This document shows, in pieces, positions 1-12,379 of a stretch of DNA of 64,000 bases. A program made the position numbers and the translations under genes. The DNA is from Aplysia californica. Its lineage: Eukaryota. The stretch is taken from the NCBI RefSeq assembly GCF_000002075.1, contig NW_004797359.1:1532711-1596710 (forward strand), read 5' to 3'. The notes under the pieces were generated by a model. It worked only from the letters and a program-made list of their open reading frames with translations, was not told the origin of the DNA and made no database searches. Position 1 is the first letter of the stretch; each line of letters begins with the position of its first letter.

Positions 1-156
1 ACAAAAACAAAACAAAACAAAAATGAACTTCTTTACATGGGAATCAAACTCACATCTTCTACGTGCAACAGCGAAGAGCGCGTTACCATCACATAGCAAA
101 CGGTGTTAGATTCTCTATGCACGAGCCCCAGTGAAATAAGCGGACGTTTGAAACTT

Positions 157-338
157 TTAGTTTTAGTAAAAGTTTTACGGCACTTGCAACACAATAAGGT
201 CATATAAGTCTGTGGCGAAGATTAGAGGTGTTACAAGAGAGAAACAAACACAAAAAAAGAAGGAGGAGAGATAAGGACGATAGATGTTTGAAAGGAAAGA
301 AGAAGCAACCCACACCAGAGCAGCCGCCAACCACCCAC
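157..338 (-). mobile_element. Short retroposon family A (~185 bp, (ACTAAA)n tail)
   Basis: Near-identical copies at ~8385-8594, 16050-16239, 18742-18912, 25845-26013, 37370-37979 (split), 54745-54862, 56295-56460 and 61194-61368. Confidence 0.8.
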
Positions 339-1606
339 TGTTTGAAACTTAATAAATCTCAACAGGTACACAAAGAACAGATCTGAAAGTCTTTATCGAT
401 ACATGATGTGTTGCTCTCAGATGGGCGAATACAAAAATTATAAATTCCATTGTAAAGAATAACTGTTGCGTGATCACTAATAAAACATTCCAATAATAGA
501 ACCTGTTACCGAAGTCTATGGGATTTGGGGGTGGGGCGGGGTGGGGAGGAGAGGAGTGGGGAGGGGTGGAGGGTTGATAAATGAAATAAAACTACAGAGG
601 AAATAAATCTCGACTGTGCCCTATTGAATTGTTTCTCTTCACTATGTTTATTATTTTGTACCTCTCAAACTGTTTCGCCGCTTCCTTCATCTCGGGAAAA
701 AAATAGTTTGTCTCCTCATTCATCCGACGCTTTTTCAATTTCATCCCTGGTAATATGAGAGTCAGTCTTGTCTCCCTTGAAAGTATGATTTATATAGCGA
801 GGCTTGCGGTTGTCTGTCTACCTGTCTGTCTGTCTGTGTGCCGGACACAGAAACAGCTGGTGCGGAATGTAGACCAGTCAGTCAGAGCGGCGCAGGGGCG
901 TCAGCTCATAGCTCATCATCTAAAAGTAAAGTCTAGTGGTCTTACCCCCCCTCCCCCCTATCTCATTTCACCCTCCCTTACACACGCACACATACACACA
1001 TACACACACACACACGCATATTTACGCAAGCACGCACACACACACACACAGCGCGCGCGCGCGCATATTTACGCAAGTACGCACGCGCGCACATACATAC
1101 ACACACACANNNNNNNNNNNNNNNNNNNNNNNNNNNNNNNNNNNNNNNNNNNNNNNNNNNNNNNNNNNNNNNNNNNNNNNNNNNNNNNNNNNNNNNNNNN
1201 NNNNNNNNNNNNNNNNNNNNNNNNNNNNNNNNNNNNNNNNNNNNNNNNNNNNNNNNNNNNNNNNNNNNNNNNNNNNNNNNNNNNNNNNNNNNNNNNNNNN
1301 NNNNNNNNNNNNNNNNNNNNNNNNNNNNNNNNNNNNNNNNNNNNNNNNNNNNNNNNNNNNNNNNNNNNNNNNNNNNNNNNNNNNNNNNNNNNNNNNNNNN
1401 NNNNNNNNNNNNNNNNNNNNNNNNNNNNNNNNNNNNNNNNNNNNNNNNNNNNNNNNNNNNNNNNNNNNNNNNNNNNNNNGGGGGGATACTTTACATTTAT
1501 TGCCTATTCGACAAAGCTTACAAAACTTTTTAAACAGAAAGGATGGGCTGTCCTTGTGTGGAAGCATTTTTGTTTTATCTTTGTGTATGGATGTGCTGTA
1601 AATCAT

Positions 1607-2014
1607 ACGCAACGCGGTGGAATCAGGCTCTCGTCAATTTCGGGGCATATAGAGTTATTGGTATTATCTTAAAGCTTGTCCATTCGCCTTGCTTTTGATT
1701 GAAACAATATCTATTTATCTTGGATAGAAGTCAAGATATTGATGATTGAAGGAGGTTGGGTGGCCTGGTTTCAGAGGTAAAATTTGCGAGAAAATGGCCG
1801 CCAAAGTTGAGTTATTTCCTAAACTTGAGAGCCGATTATGCCTTAAATCAACGGTTTTCAGCACAATCCAAACAGAAATGTGTTCTTTAAAGGGCGTGAA
1901 AGGTGTTGAGCTTAAAAACAAAAATTCTATTAAAATTCCCAAACCTGCGGGAAAATGCCAGTGTCTTCACTTTGACTATTTTGACGAGCGCCTGATTTCA
2001 CCACGCTGCCTCAT
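1607..2014. mobile_element. ~430 bp MITE, family H
   Basis: TIR GGTGGAATCAGGCTCTCGTCAA / TTGACGAGCGCCTGATTTCACC; copies at ~7845-9124 (split), 17267-17707, 30675-30870, 38486-39008 and 55095-55130. Confidence 0.75.
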
Positions 2015-2029
2015 AATAAAACATTATTA

Positions 2030-2208
2030 TGTCCTCGCGGTTTTATGCACCTCGCACAATTTAGCCAAATTTGATCATTTTTTTGCATAATTTCTGATTA
2101 TTTTCCCCTTTATCATTCTTTGCTAAAATTAACAGAATCGCACAATTTCACATTTTTGGGCTTAGTTTGCATAATTTCAGATTTTTTTCGCATAAAACCG
2201 CGGGGACA
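2030..2208. mobile_element. MITE family D copy
   Basis: Same body and TIRs; TSD degenerate. Confidence 0.8.
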
Positions 2209-2983
2209 GATATAATATAATAATATATTCCTCTTGACAGAGATTCAAAACAATTCCAAACTGGTCTTTAATCGTATGATCCTCCTAGGTACAGTGCCTT
2301 TCCTTATCTTGTCACCTTGGCTATTTTGTGACCATTGAGTGTTTGTTCATCGTTAACGTTAAGGGATTTAGAAACAACACGCAAGATGATCATCATCATC
2401 ATCATCATCGTTGCCTTTCTCACCCTGGATCAGGATACAGGCCATAAAGACGATCACTTTGGGGGGGGGGGGGGTTTGTTTGTCGTTGTTTTTGTCGTTG
2501 TTTTTCTTTTGCGCACGCAGTGGAAAAAAACAAAGAACAGACATGCAAAGCACAGCAGGCCAGAGCTGTGGTTGGTCGGAGGGCGCCACTAGTAGTTCCT
2601 TTTACTTTGTTCTTCCCTTGTGTTGTTTCTGTCTGTGAGTCTATTGTTCTGTCTGTCTGTCTGTTTGTTAGTCTGTCTGTCTGTCTGTCTCACCTTCATC
2701 CCGCAGAAATATTGCAGTTACTGTGTTGCTATGCTTCTCTAATAATAAACAGAAAATACATGAATTGCCTGATTAAAACATTCCGTCTGCCCTAAGTTTA
2801 TTTGTTTGTTTGTTTGTTTGTTTGTTTCCTAGAATTACATTCAAATCATAGAATTATAATAAGATAAGTGCTTAAGTGCTACAAAATGTGATGATCTTGT
2901 AAAGATTGTTTCTAAATCAGCTTTACGGGTGCGGTTTGTACAAAGTAACGTTATCATTAATTATTCATCGCTATGATCGTTGG

Positions 2984-2984
2984 G

Positions 2985-3025
<41 letters not shown>

Positions 3026-3052
3026 GCTGTTGTTGTTGTTGTTGTTGTTGCT
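2984..3052. repeat. (GTT)n microsatellite (another at ~3800-3878)
   Basis: Read directly. Confidence 0.95.
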
Positions 3053-3814
3053 ACTACAAGTATATGGTCTATGTACCATCTGTATTTTTTTGTGCAGCCT
3101 TCTGTGAACAAAACTTTCCAAGGTGAATGAGCGATGTGTCTTAAGTAAAGTAAGGATGCACAGATTTTGTTTCAATAATTTTCGAAACAGCAGATGAAGT
3201 TAGTTACACTTATGTATCATCATCTTTTTAAAACAGGGGAGGGGGAAGGGGCATAGCACTTGTAATTTTGTAAGCAGAGATTTAAATAATATGTGTGCAT
3301 GTGTGTAGGATGAGGTAGAGTGTATACTAATGTATATATNNNNNNNNNNNNNNNNNNNNNNNNNNNNNNNNNNNNNNNNNNNNNNNNNNNNNNNNNNNNN
3401 NNNNNNNNNNNNNNNNNNNNNNNNNNNNNNNNNNNNNNNNNNNNNNNNNNNNNNNNNNNNNNNNNNNNNNNNNNNNNNNNNNNNNNNNNNNNNNNNNNNN
3501 NNNNNNNNNNNNNNNNNNNNNNNNNNNNNNNNNNNNNNNNNNNNNNNNNNNNNNNNNNNNNNNNNNNNNNNNNNNNNNNNNNNNNNNNNNNNNNNNNNNN
3601 NNNNGTGTTGTGAGTGTGTATGCGTTTACATTGTTCATTACAAGGCGAAAAAGGACATGTCTATTCAGTAATAGACCTATTGTAGAAACCTCCACCTGGA
3701 CTAGTGAATTGTTTTCTGCTTTGTTAGTACAGTATGTAATGTTGGAAATGTGGGCCCTTTTGTTGAGTTGGTTTTGTTTTGACTTGTTTTTGTTTTTTTA
3801 TTGTTGCTGTTGCT

Positions 3815-3846
<32 letters not shown>

Positions 3847-5044
3847 GCTGTTGCTTTGTTGTTGTTATTGTTGTTGTTTCTGATTTCTTTTCTGATTTCT
3901 TTTTAGCGGTGGGCGCCACTGGTAATTTAGTCCTGCCACATAAACTTTACTATGCCTTTGTCATTGCTGTCTATCTATGACTGGATCTTTGTCTTTTTTG
4001 TGTGTGTTAAATTCTGGCACTGTATGACAGTCACAACGTTTATACGCCTCATGTACTTAACTTTTTTTAAAGAGAAAAAAAACAACAACAACAAAAACCA
4101 GCAACTGAGCAGATTGTAAATTGGCCCCTTTTCATTCTCGGCGTTGGATCGACCGATTAAAAAAAACCCACAACTCAACAAACAAACCAACAACAAAAAA
4201 TATTACATAGATATCTATTCTATTTCATATTATTTTTATTGATGCTTGAATATCATTATCTCGCTCATACTTACACTTACAAGTACTGGAGGCCTTGCAA
4301 TATTCTTTAAACAATGGTCCTGTGACAACATGACATACATGTACTATGTTGTTTAGTTTTTATAGCTATGTACGAGTAGATCATGCACGTTTTCTTCTTC
4401 AAGTTCCCGACCACCGGCGTCCGTGGTGGAGCGGTTGGGTTGTGCTTTGCTGTCGCATGCAGGAGACCCGAATGCATAGTGAGGAGAAATTTTTGTTGAG
4501 TATCTCGGTCTTTCTGTTGGGATGTTGTTTCCCTGTCATCATGGAATGACCCAGACAGGCAGGGTCGGAAATTATCAAAACTGTCGATGGAGGCCACAGA
4601 GATGGAGGCATACAAATTTAATAAACACAGTCTCTCCCAAGTGGACGCGTGTTAAGGGACATAATCGCAGTAATAACTCTTCTTCGTTAGAAAGACATCC
4701 TGGTTATTTCCCTTTAATTTAAACCTCAACACACAGTCGGTAGTGGCAGATTCTTTTATGATGGTTACAATGAGAACGAGTAATGCAGACAAATGAAGAC
4801 TACAAGGGAAAAACGAATATATATATATAGTCACAAACTGAAAAATAATATGAAGTTATGAACCCACGAGCTTTAAAAATTGGCACCCTCACAATTTCCA
4901 GTTCGTGACTGGAGTCGTTTTCCCCTGTGCTCTTCAAGTTCTTTCTCTGGCAAATTGAATTCTGCTTTTCAAACTCATCTGAGGTCAAATAGCTTTACAA
5001 GACAAAAACTTCAAATTGAAACTATGTAGTACTAAATGTACATG

Positions 5045-5380
5045 TGGCATCGGCGGCCCAGTGATTAGGCTCTCAGACTTGCAACCGTAAGGTCGTGGGT
5101 TCAAATCCCGTCAGAGACCCGACATTGTGTCCTTAGGAAAGGCACTTTACACAAATTTTCCTCACTCCACCCAGGTGAGAATGGGTACCCAGCTATAGAC
5201 ATGGAAAGATCTTGTCGGTTTGTTAGTGTTTGAGAGCTTAATCGGCTGCACTGTACGCTTCCCGGGAAGCCGAGAAAAAATCTGAGTGGTCTATGCTCTG
5301 CTGGGGTAATAATATAGTGTAAAGCACATATATAGAGCTTGCTGTTGAGCCGGGGTATGCGTTATAAAAATCTATTTACA
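5045..5380 (+). mobile_element. tRNA-derived CORE-like SINE
   Basis: tRNA head (GGGTTCAAATCCC) then TGTGTCCTTAGGAAAGGCACTT..CTCCACCCAGGTGAGAATGGGTAC; related copies at ~17866-18175, 20825-21080, 27908-28004 ((ATT)n tail) and 38875-38942 (-). Confidence 0.75.
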
Positions 5381-8145
5381 ATAAACTTAGTGGGTTTTGC
5401 GGTTGTTTCAATTTTTCTTTTCAGAAAAAAAAAGCTCAAGACAAAAAGGATAGCACATTTTACAATCAAGCAATTATAAAATGAGACATTTCTCTCTGTC
5501 TGAGACTGTAATGGCCGGATAATCTTCGGCCTACATCTGCACACAAAGCAGACTGTGTCATTAGGAGGCGGGCTGCCTCGACACTGCTTGTCACAACCAA
5601 CAATAGAGTTATCTCCCTTTTAAACCTATAGTGTACATCTTTGCAACCAACACAAGCTTAGTGATATTCACTGATGTGTACAATCCCAAAAGGCAGGAGT
5701 GTCTTTTATTTTAACCCTATCTGTATGCCCTGGGGTCATTTTGTACCCCCGGGTAGTATTCTTCACATTTTAGAATACTTCTAGTATGAAGATCTCTTTG
5801 AAACTTTCAGTATTTCTCAAAAAATCATTTTAACAGGCGGATTAATGAGTAAATTTCCTGTTTGGAAAGTGGTGGCACAGAGTTCCCCACGTCGTATGGA
5901 TACGATAGTAAAACGCGACATACCGATAGAATTTTTAGAATTTTAATGCAGGTGTTTTAGCCTACCCCCCCCCCCCCTCAACTCCATCAACACAGTTTAT
6001 ATCTTTTTTAAAAGAAGTGCTTCTTACCCTGCCCCTGCCTGTCAGGTGTCAGGGCCAACCGGAACTGAGAAGGATACAACAACTTAGCGGAAAGATCGAC
6101 TTGCTCAATAACATTTCTTGACACTAAGGTTTCAAACTCTGGTCTCCTCTTCAACACCACAGATATGGGTGGCAAATTTGTAGCTTTTGGAACCCAGTGG
6201 AAGAAAATCTGTCTGTAACCAAAATCTATCATGCATATATAGCCTATATGTATCAAATTATACAGTTTACAAAAGAGGATTCGACCCACATTTTAAGTTT
6301 GATCATTGAAAAGCAAATTACTTGTTGTTATCAACTGATGTATGAGAAGCAAAGAGAAATGCCAAAGCCAAAAGAAAAGATTTCAAGCTGCGCATTTCCA
6401 CAAGTAGATTTAAAGGCCCAAAACATGGCAAACAGAATTGGTACCAACGGCCAATCCTTATTTCTTCTACTTTGCATAGAAATATTCTCCTCTTCAGACG
6501 CGTTGGTCGCTTTTGCTGTGTCGATCAGAACAAACGGAGGTGGAGATGCAAGTGACAAGACCAGGGTTNNNNNNNNNNNNNNNNNNNNNNNNNNNNNNNN
6601 NNNNNNNNNNNNNNNNNNNNNNNNNNNNNNNNNNNNNNNNNNNNNNNNNNNNNNNNNNNNNNNNNNNNNNNNNNNNNNNNNNNNNNNNNNNNNNNNNNNN
6701 NNNNNNNNNNNNNNNNNNNNNNNNNNNNNNNNNNNNNNNNNNNNNNNNNNNNNNNNNNNNNNNNNNNNNNNNNNNNNNNNNNNNNNNNNNNNNNNNNNNN
6801 NNNNNNNNNNNNNNNNNNNNNNNNNNNNNNNNNNNNNNNNNNNNNNNNNNNNNNNNNNNNNNNNNNNNNNNNNNNNNNNNNNNNNNNNNNNNNNNNNNNN
6901 NNNNNNNNNNNNNNNNNNNNNNNNNNNNNNNNNNNGCAAACGATAGANNNNNNNNNNNNNNNNNNNNNNNNNNNNNNNNNNNNNNNNNNNNNNNNNNNNN
7001 NNNNNNNNNNNNNNNNNNNNNNNNNNNNNNNNNNNNNNNNNNNNNNNNNNNNNNNNNNNNNNNNNNNNNNNNNNNNNNNNNNNNNNNNNNNNNNNNNNNN
7101 NNNNNNNNNNNNNNNNNNNNNNNNNNNNNNNNNNNAAGAAATGGCTACAGTCAGCAAAGTTAATTTCTCAACATTTATACAAATTTTTGCGAAAACGTTT
7201 TTTAAACAAGACAATTTAATCACAGAATCTGTTTTATTTTTATCATACAATAAAATGTATAACAATTATACATGACATGTGTATAAAACTTCCTGCATTT
7301 TCATCAAAAACGATTTTTTGCAAGTGATGGGCAAGTAATTCTATATTTTTCCATTAAAAATATTCCAAACAACCAACAAACCCCTCGGAGAAAGTCAGGG
7401 AAACTAACATAAAAATAAACCACCAGGCATGATAAAAAATGGTAACACTTTCCAAAATTATTAACATTTATTTTGTAAAGTAACGAATATTGATCCATTT
7501 CATGTTGTAAAAATAATATAGATTCTAGATCTAGTTGAATATCTTGTTAAATTGTAAAATCCAGATTTTATACAGGTATAACATTTGTGCTTTTTTCCAC
7601 AGATGTATGTTTCACACACAATACACATCCCCCGACACACAAACACATAGAACACACACATATGTACATATACATCCAAACATATACACACACAATATTC
7701 ATACTCACACAGAGGCACACATGATAAAAACATTGTGTCTACAATTCTATATTTCCAGAAAACATTCTATACATACCATAAAATAAAAAATTAAACTACC
7801 TGTGTTTTTCACCAATATCGAAGTGTACTGTGAACTGAAAAACTGTAGCGGGGAGAAATCAGGCACTCGTCAAAACAATGAAATCAAAGAAATACATGTA
7901 TAATCAGCATTTTTATGGCCGTTGGGAAACTTTTTTTGAATTTTCTTTTACTTGGCTCAACATCTTTAATGTCCATTAAAAGAAAATAATTTATGGGTAG
8001 ACTTTACTGAGAAACATTGATTAAAGGCACACCAACAAAATGTTAATTTGCTGTTTCCAAGAACTCTCAAGCTTCAGACAGAAGTCGCCAAACTTTGGCA
8101 GCCATTTACTCGCTAATTTTGCCTTTCCAATCAAGCTACCTCCCG

Positions 8146-8948
8146 CAATGGAGAAGCACAGGCTGCTTTCATATCTTTGAATAGGATTTGGAAGACCAGA
8201 AATATCTCACTTCGAACAACGTGTGAGACATGGAACCCATCTCAGACTTGCATAAAAAGAGGATCCAGGTTTTCTAGGACAAGTGCTTGGCGCTCATATG
8301 ACCTTATGCAGTTGCGAGCGCCGTAAAACCTCTACTAAAACTAAACCAGGAAAAGTGTCTAAAAAAGTTACTGAGGATCAGATGGGTTTTTTTAGTAAGT
8401 GGTTTTTTTGGTGTAAAAGTTTTAAGGCGCTTGCAACACAATTAGGTCATATAAGTGCTAAAGACTAGAGGCGTTACAAGAGAGTAACAAACACAAAAAA
8501 TAAGGAGGAAAGATAAGGAGGAGAGATAAGGACGATAGATATTTGATAGGAAAGAAGAAGCAAACCACACAAGAGCACCCGCCAACCACCCACAGGATCA
8601 GAAATCTGATGGACAGACAAGGTCACCGATGAGGAAGTGTTTTAAAGTAAAACAAGACAGATCCCAGTCAGAGATGAGGTAGGAAGAAGGCTGTGGCGAT
8701 GGAATGGACATACTCTCAGGAAGCCAGGCAGATGCATTTAAAAAAGTGTTGGATTGGAATCTTGAGGGTAAAAGATCTTGAGGAGAAAACGCGTGGAACC
8801 GGGAGAAGAATCATAGAAATTGATGTACAGAAAAGTGAGAAGACGGAATAACATCACAAGATGCTAGCCCAGAATAGATAAAGGTGGAAAGTGTTTGCTC
8901 GTGGCCAGACCCTGGTGTAGGGTGAGAAAGGCAATGATGATGATGGTG
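8146..8948 (+). mobile_element. 5'-truncated, decayed RTE-clade LINE 3' end (interrupted by retroposons)
   Basis: Remnant peptides AQAAFISLNRIWKTRNISLRT and RRLWRWNGHTLRKPG..VLDWNLEGKR, then a (GAT)n tail. The same 3' end is on the minus strand at ~2388-2460 and ~30872-30995. Confidence 0.75.
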
Positions 8949-9318
8949 AATCAAGTGACCCCCATTTCCTTCAATTGAGAATATCTTGACTTCTAATACT
9001 TTTATTCTAGATAGATGGGTACATATTTCGTCAAAAGCAAGACAAAAAAAACAAGTTTTAAGATGATACTATCAACTCCACATACTAAAAATAGACGAGT
9101 GCCTGATTCCATCACGTCGTGACATACATATATGCACACCAACAGGCGTCACATCATGTATATATAAATGTAGACATTCCTCTCTGCATCTAAAACAACT
9201 TCATAACTGAACGTAGGTTTCAAACTGAGGCTTAACGTTTAATAACCAAGGCAAGGTCTCACAACAAAGCAAAGCATGGCAGTTTCACAACTTTCTTTTT
9301 TGTGTGTAGGTGTTTCTA

Positions 9319-9520
9319 TGCCCTCATCGGCACAAATTTAGATAATTTAGTATGCAAGCTTCTGACCCAGCCTGTCAGAGGGAACCCACATTTAGGGGGA
9401 TACAACATTCTGGCAAAAAGGCTGAGATATTCAATAAAAACTTCTCTGCCCTTAAGAATTGAACCTGGGTTTCCGGAATGCAACAGCAAAGTGACTAACT
9501 GCTACACCACCAACACCAGC
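9319..9520 (-). mobile_element. tRNA-derived SINE, family G
   Basis: Minus-strand head GGTGGTGTAGCAGTTAG..GGTTCAATTC; related copies at ~25-110, 4390-4610, 6030-6160, 12815-12930, 26174-26385, 27130-27330, 48300-48415, 61085-61495 and 63200-63360. Confidence 0.65.
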
Positions 9521-9628
9521 GGTTTCATAACTGAGGCAAACAGTTTTATAACCGAGGTAAAAAGTTTATAACTAAGGTATAAAGTTATATAACTGAGGCA
9601 AACAGTTTTATAACTGAGGTAAAAAGTT

Positions 9629-12379
9629 TTACAACTGAGGCTGGCAGTTGCTGTCCAGTTCTCGCGTCTGCTGTACCACCAAGACCTGGGGGGGCAGAGC
9701 CACACTGTGTCGGGTCATGGCCGGGTGGAGGGGTGCTTGCGGCGGCAGCGGGTGGGGGAAGGGCAGCCTCTGGTGCTGTGGCTGCACGCCGAGCTGCTGC
9801 TGGTGCTGGGGGAGCAGCGGGTGGTGGGCGTGGTGCGGGGGCAGAAGCTCCTGCAGGTGTTGGCTCGACGGCTGAGAATCAGCAACAGCGCTGGGCTGAT
9901 AAACTTGCTGATACAAGCGCTGCTGATGCTGTTGCGCTTCAAACTCTCGTGCTTCCACCTGTATGTGTAGAGGCGGAGGTGGGGGCGGTGGAAGACTGAG
10001 GGGTTGCAGCTCGAGCCGATTGTGACTGTCTTGCTGCAGGGGAATAAACGTCTGCGTCGCGGTGAGCAGAGTGGCTGTTGTCTCCCTGCTCACTTCCACG
10101 ACAGGAGGCTGCACGCTGGGCACAGATATCAAACGCTGGTGTCTTTGCTGTTGCTGCAGTAATTCACATTGCTGCTGTTGCTGCTGCTGCTGTTGCTGTT
10201 GTTCGTGTTGAAGCTGCTGTTGATACTGCTGTTCAGGCGTATCCCGATCTTGTTGAAGAGGTATCGTTTTGCTTTGCTCTGACTTCAGATTCCTCTCATC
10301 ATCCTCTTCTCTCCCACGTTGCACCTCGCCTTCAGGCACTTGTAACCCGTGTGACTTGACATGATTCCTAAAGGTGGAGAGCCACGTAAACGACTTCCCA
10401 CATACCTGACAGTGGTGTGGCTTCTCTCCCGTGTGTACGAGTCGATGGCGCCGCAATGACCACTTCACGGAAAAACACGCCCCGCAGATCTCACACGTAT
10501 ACGGCTTCTCCCCAGAGTGGGACTTTCGGTGGTTGGCGAGGTAGAACTTCCGCGAAAACTTCATACCACAATCCGGGCACTCGTGCTCCTTCACGGCCGA
10601 GTGGCGCCGTAAGTGAATGTTGAGATTAGTCCGTTGTGAAAAGCAACTACCACACAGCTCGCACACAAAAGACTTTTCTCCGGAATGCACAACAGAATGT
10701 GTTTTCAAGGACGCGCGGTCGGTGAAGCTCTTGTCACACCTGTCGCACTTAAAGCGACGGTCTCCTGTATGCAGCTTCTGATGACGGTACAATTCATAGA
10801 TTCTGTAAAACGATGTGCCACACAGGTCACAGGTGTGACCTTTCTGTCTGTTCGGGTCATGACGTTTCATGTGAGCTTTGCAGTCAGCTTTACGGGAAAA
10901 CGCCTGGGGGCAATGAGGGCATTGATACGGTTTCTGCCCTGTGTGACACTTCATGTGGTCTTCATAAGCGGAAGAACACGCCAGAGTTTTATCACAAATG
11001 GTGCAGTGGCAGGTGTGGATTTTCATGTGGTTCTTATAGGATCTTCGACCTACAAAGCTTCTTTTGCAAATAGCACAATGGTGGGTTTCAAGATGTCGAG
11101 CCATTGAGACTTTCTTTGGTTTGTATTCAATCCCTTTGTGTTTTGATGACATGTGTCTATGCAATTGGTGAGGATATGAAAACTTAGTTCCACAAATTTC
11201 ACATTCACATCGATGGATTTTTATATGCTTCAGGTACTCCCCCTTTTTCCTGAAGGATTTCATACAGATGCTGCAAGAGAAGGAGGTTTTGAGGGAATTC
11301 CCTTTACCGATTTGTAAACCATCTGCTGGTTTTGTAAGTCTACTAGGTTCATCTTTCTCCTCCTCTACACCCACAGGAACACTTTGGGGGCCAAGGTTAG
11401 CTTCTAAAATCTCACAACCTTCAGGTTCAATATTTTCATCGCAGTTATTCACTGGGATCTCTTCTTCCTCATCATCCGGAGGACATACTGACGGACTGTC
11501 TTTCCCATCACAATCCACAGACAGAATGTCCTCCTCCTCCTCTGCTTCCTCAGTCACATCAACAGATACAGGCACTGGCACATTCGATCGCTCTCTGCTT
11601 TTACAACTCTTTTTTGACTTTTTGGAGGGCTTTGACTGTGAGACACCTTTCCTCTTTGGTTTAGAAGCCCCTTCATCAACTCTCTTACCTGAATCTTTTT
11701 TCCGGTCCACGAGTCTTTGAGCTCTTTTCGAAGTTCTTGAACGTGTTTTCACGAAAACTTCTTGTTTTTTAGTCTGTGCTCGCGTTTTCCTAACTTTCAG
11801 CGGTTTCGGAGCCGCTTTAGATTCTGTGACTTTTTCTTTGAGATTCTCGGGTGTCTCATGCTGAGAAAACCTATCGAGAATATCTCTCAACGGCAAAGGT
11901 GGAGAACTTTTGACATACTGCTGAAGGGCTGAAGAGAACATGCCTTTTCTGACAAACTGTTCCTTGATGTACACAGCTTTGTTTTCTTCTAGAAACTCAC
12001 AGGACTCTGCAAGAACCTCGAGAGCTTTCAAATAATCTTCAGCCTCTTCATCTTTCCGCCGCAGTCTCCCGAAGAACACAAGTCGCTGGAATAAGACGAA
12101 AATGTAAGGCAAACACAGATCTTCCAACCTTTCCATTAGAGTCATCAACAAAGAAGTATCCCGTTCACTGACATTCAAAGACTGTACTATATCTCTGAAT
12201 CCTCTCTTGCTAGCAAAGCTCAGTAAAACAGAAGTACAGAGTCTATCACCTCTGTCTGACATTTCACTCCCACTTTGACACATCTCACTCTTCATCTCTC
12301 TCCAGAGAGTCAAAACAAGACATTCTAAAGCTAAGCTCCCAGGGAGCTCTTGGCCTAAGACTTTGATACTTGACCCCAT
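9629..12379 (-). CDS. C2H2 zinc-finger protein (916 aa, 11 fingers) with a diverged retrotransposon Gag-capsid-like N-terminus and Q/P-rich C-terminus (ZNF-A)
   Basis: Uninterrupted ORF with 11 CxxC..HxxxH units and TGEKP-type linkers. ATG is in AGGATGG context with an in-frame TGA just upstream; candidate acceptors at 12511-12512 and 12438-12439. aa ~25-175 align with the Gag-like region of ZNF-B. Confidence 0.93.
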   Translation of the reverse strand: MGSSIKVLGQELPGSLALECLVLTLWREMKSEMCQSGSEMSDRGDRLCTSVLLSFASKRGFRDIVQSLNVSERDTSLLMTLMERLEDLCLPYIFVLFQRLVFFGRLRRKDEEAEDYLKALEVLAESCEFLEENKAVYIKEQFVRKGMFSSALQQYVKSSPPLPLRDILDRFSQHETPENLKEKVTESKAAPKPLKVRKTRAQTKKQEVFVKTRSRTSKRAQRLVDRKKDSGKRVDEGASKPKRKGVSQSKPSKKSKKSCKSRERSNVPVPVSVDVTEEAEEEEDILSVDCDGKDSPSVCPPDDEEEEIPVNNCDENIEPEGCEILEANLGPQSVPVGVEEEKDEPSRLTKPADGLQIGKGNSLKTSFSCSICMKSFRKKGEYLKHIKIHRCECEICGTKFSYPHQLHRHMSSKHKGIEYKPKKVSMARHLETHHCAICKRSFVGRRSYKNHMKIHTCHCTICDKTLACSSAYEDHMKCHTGQKPYQCPHCPQAFSRKADCKAHMKRHDPNRQKGHTCDLCGTSFYRIYELYRHQKLHTGDRRFKCDRCDKSFTDRASLKTHSVVHSGEKSFVCELCGSCFSQRTNLNIHLRRHSAVKEHECPDCGMKFSRKFYLANHRKSHSGEKPYTCEICGACFSVKWSLRRHRLVHTGEKPHHCQVCGKSFTWLSTFRNHVKSHGLQVPEGEVQRGREEDDERNLKSEQSKTIPLQQDRDTPEQQYQQQLQHEQQQQQQQQQQQCELLQQQQRHQRLISVPSVQPPVVEVSRETTATLLTATQTFIPLQQDSHNRLELQPLSLPPPPPPPLHIQVEAREFEAQQHQQRLYQQVYQPSAVADSQPSSQHLQELLPPHHAHHPLLPQHQQQLGVQPQHQRLPFPHPLPPQAPLHPAMTRHSVALPPQVLVVQQTRELDSNCQPQL

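Noticed and set aside
755-7265. ORFs spanning N runs (also at 25, 27 and 33-36 kb)
   Set aside because: Artefacts of assembly gaps and microsatellites; no recognisable protein.
9648-11720. Plus-strand ORFs antisense to ZNF-A (likewise 40344-43682 for ZNF-B)
   Set aside because: Shadow ORFs of GC-rich coding sequence with no motifs.
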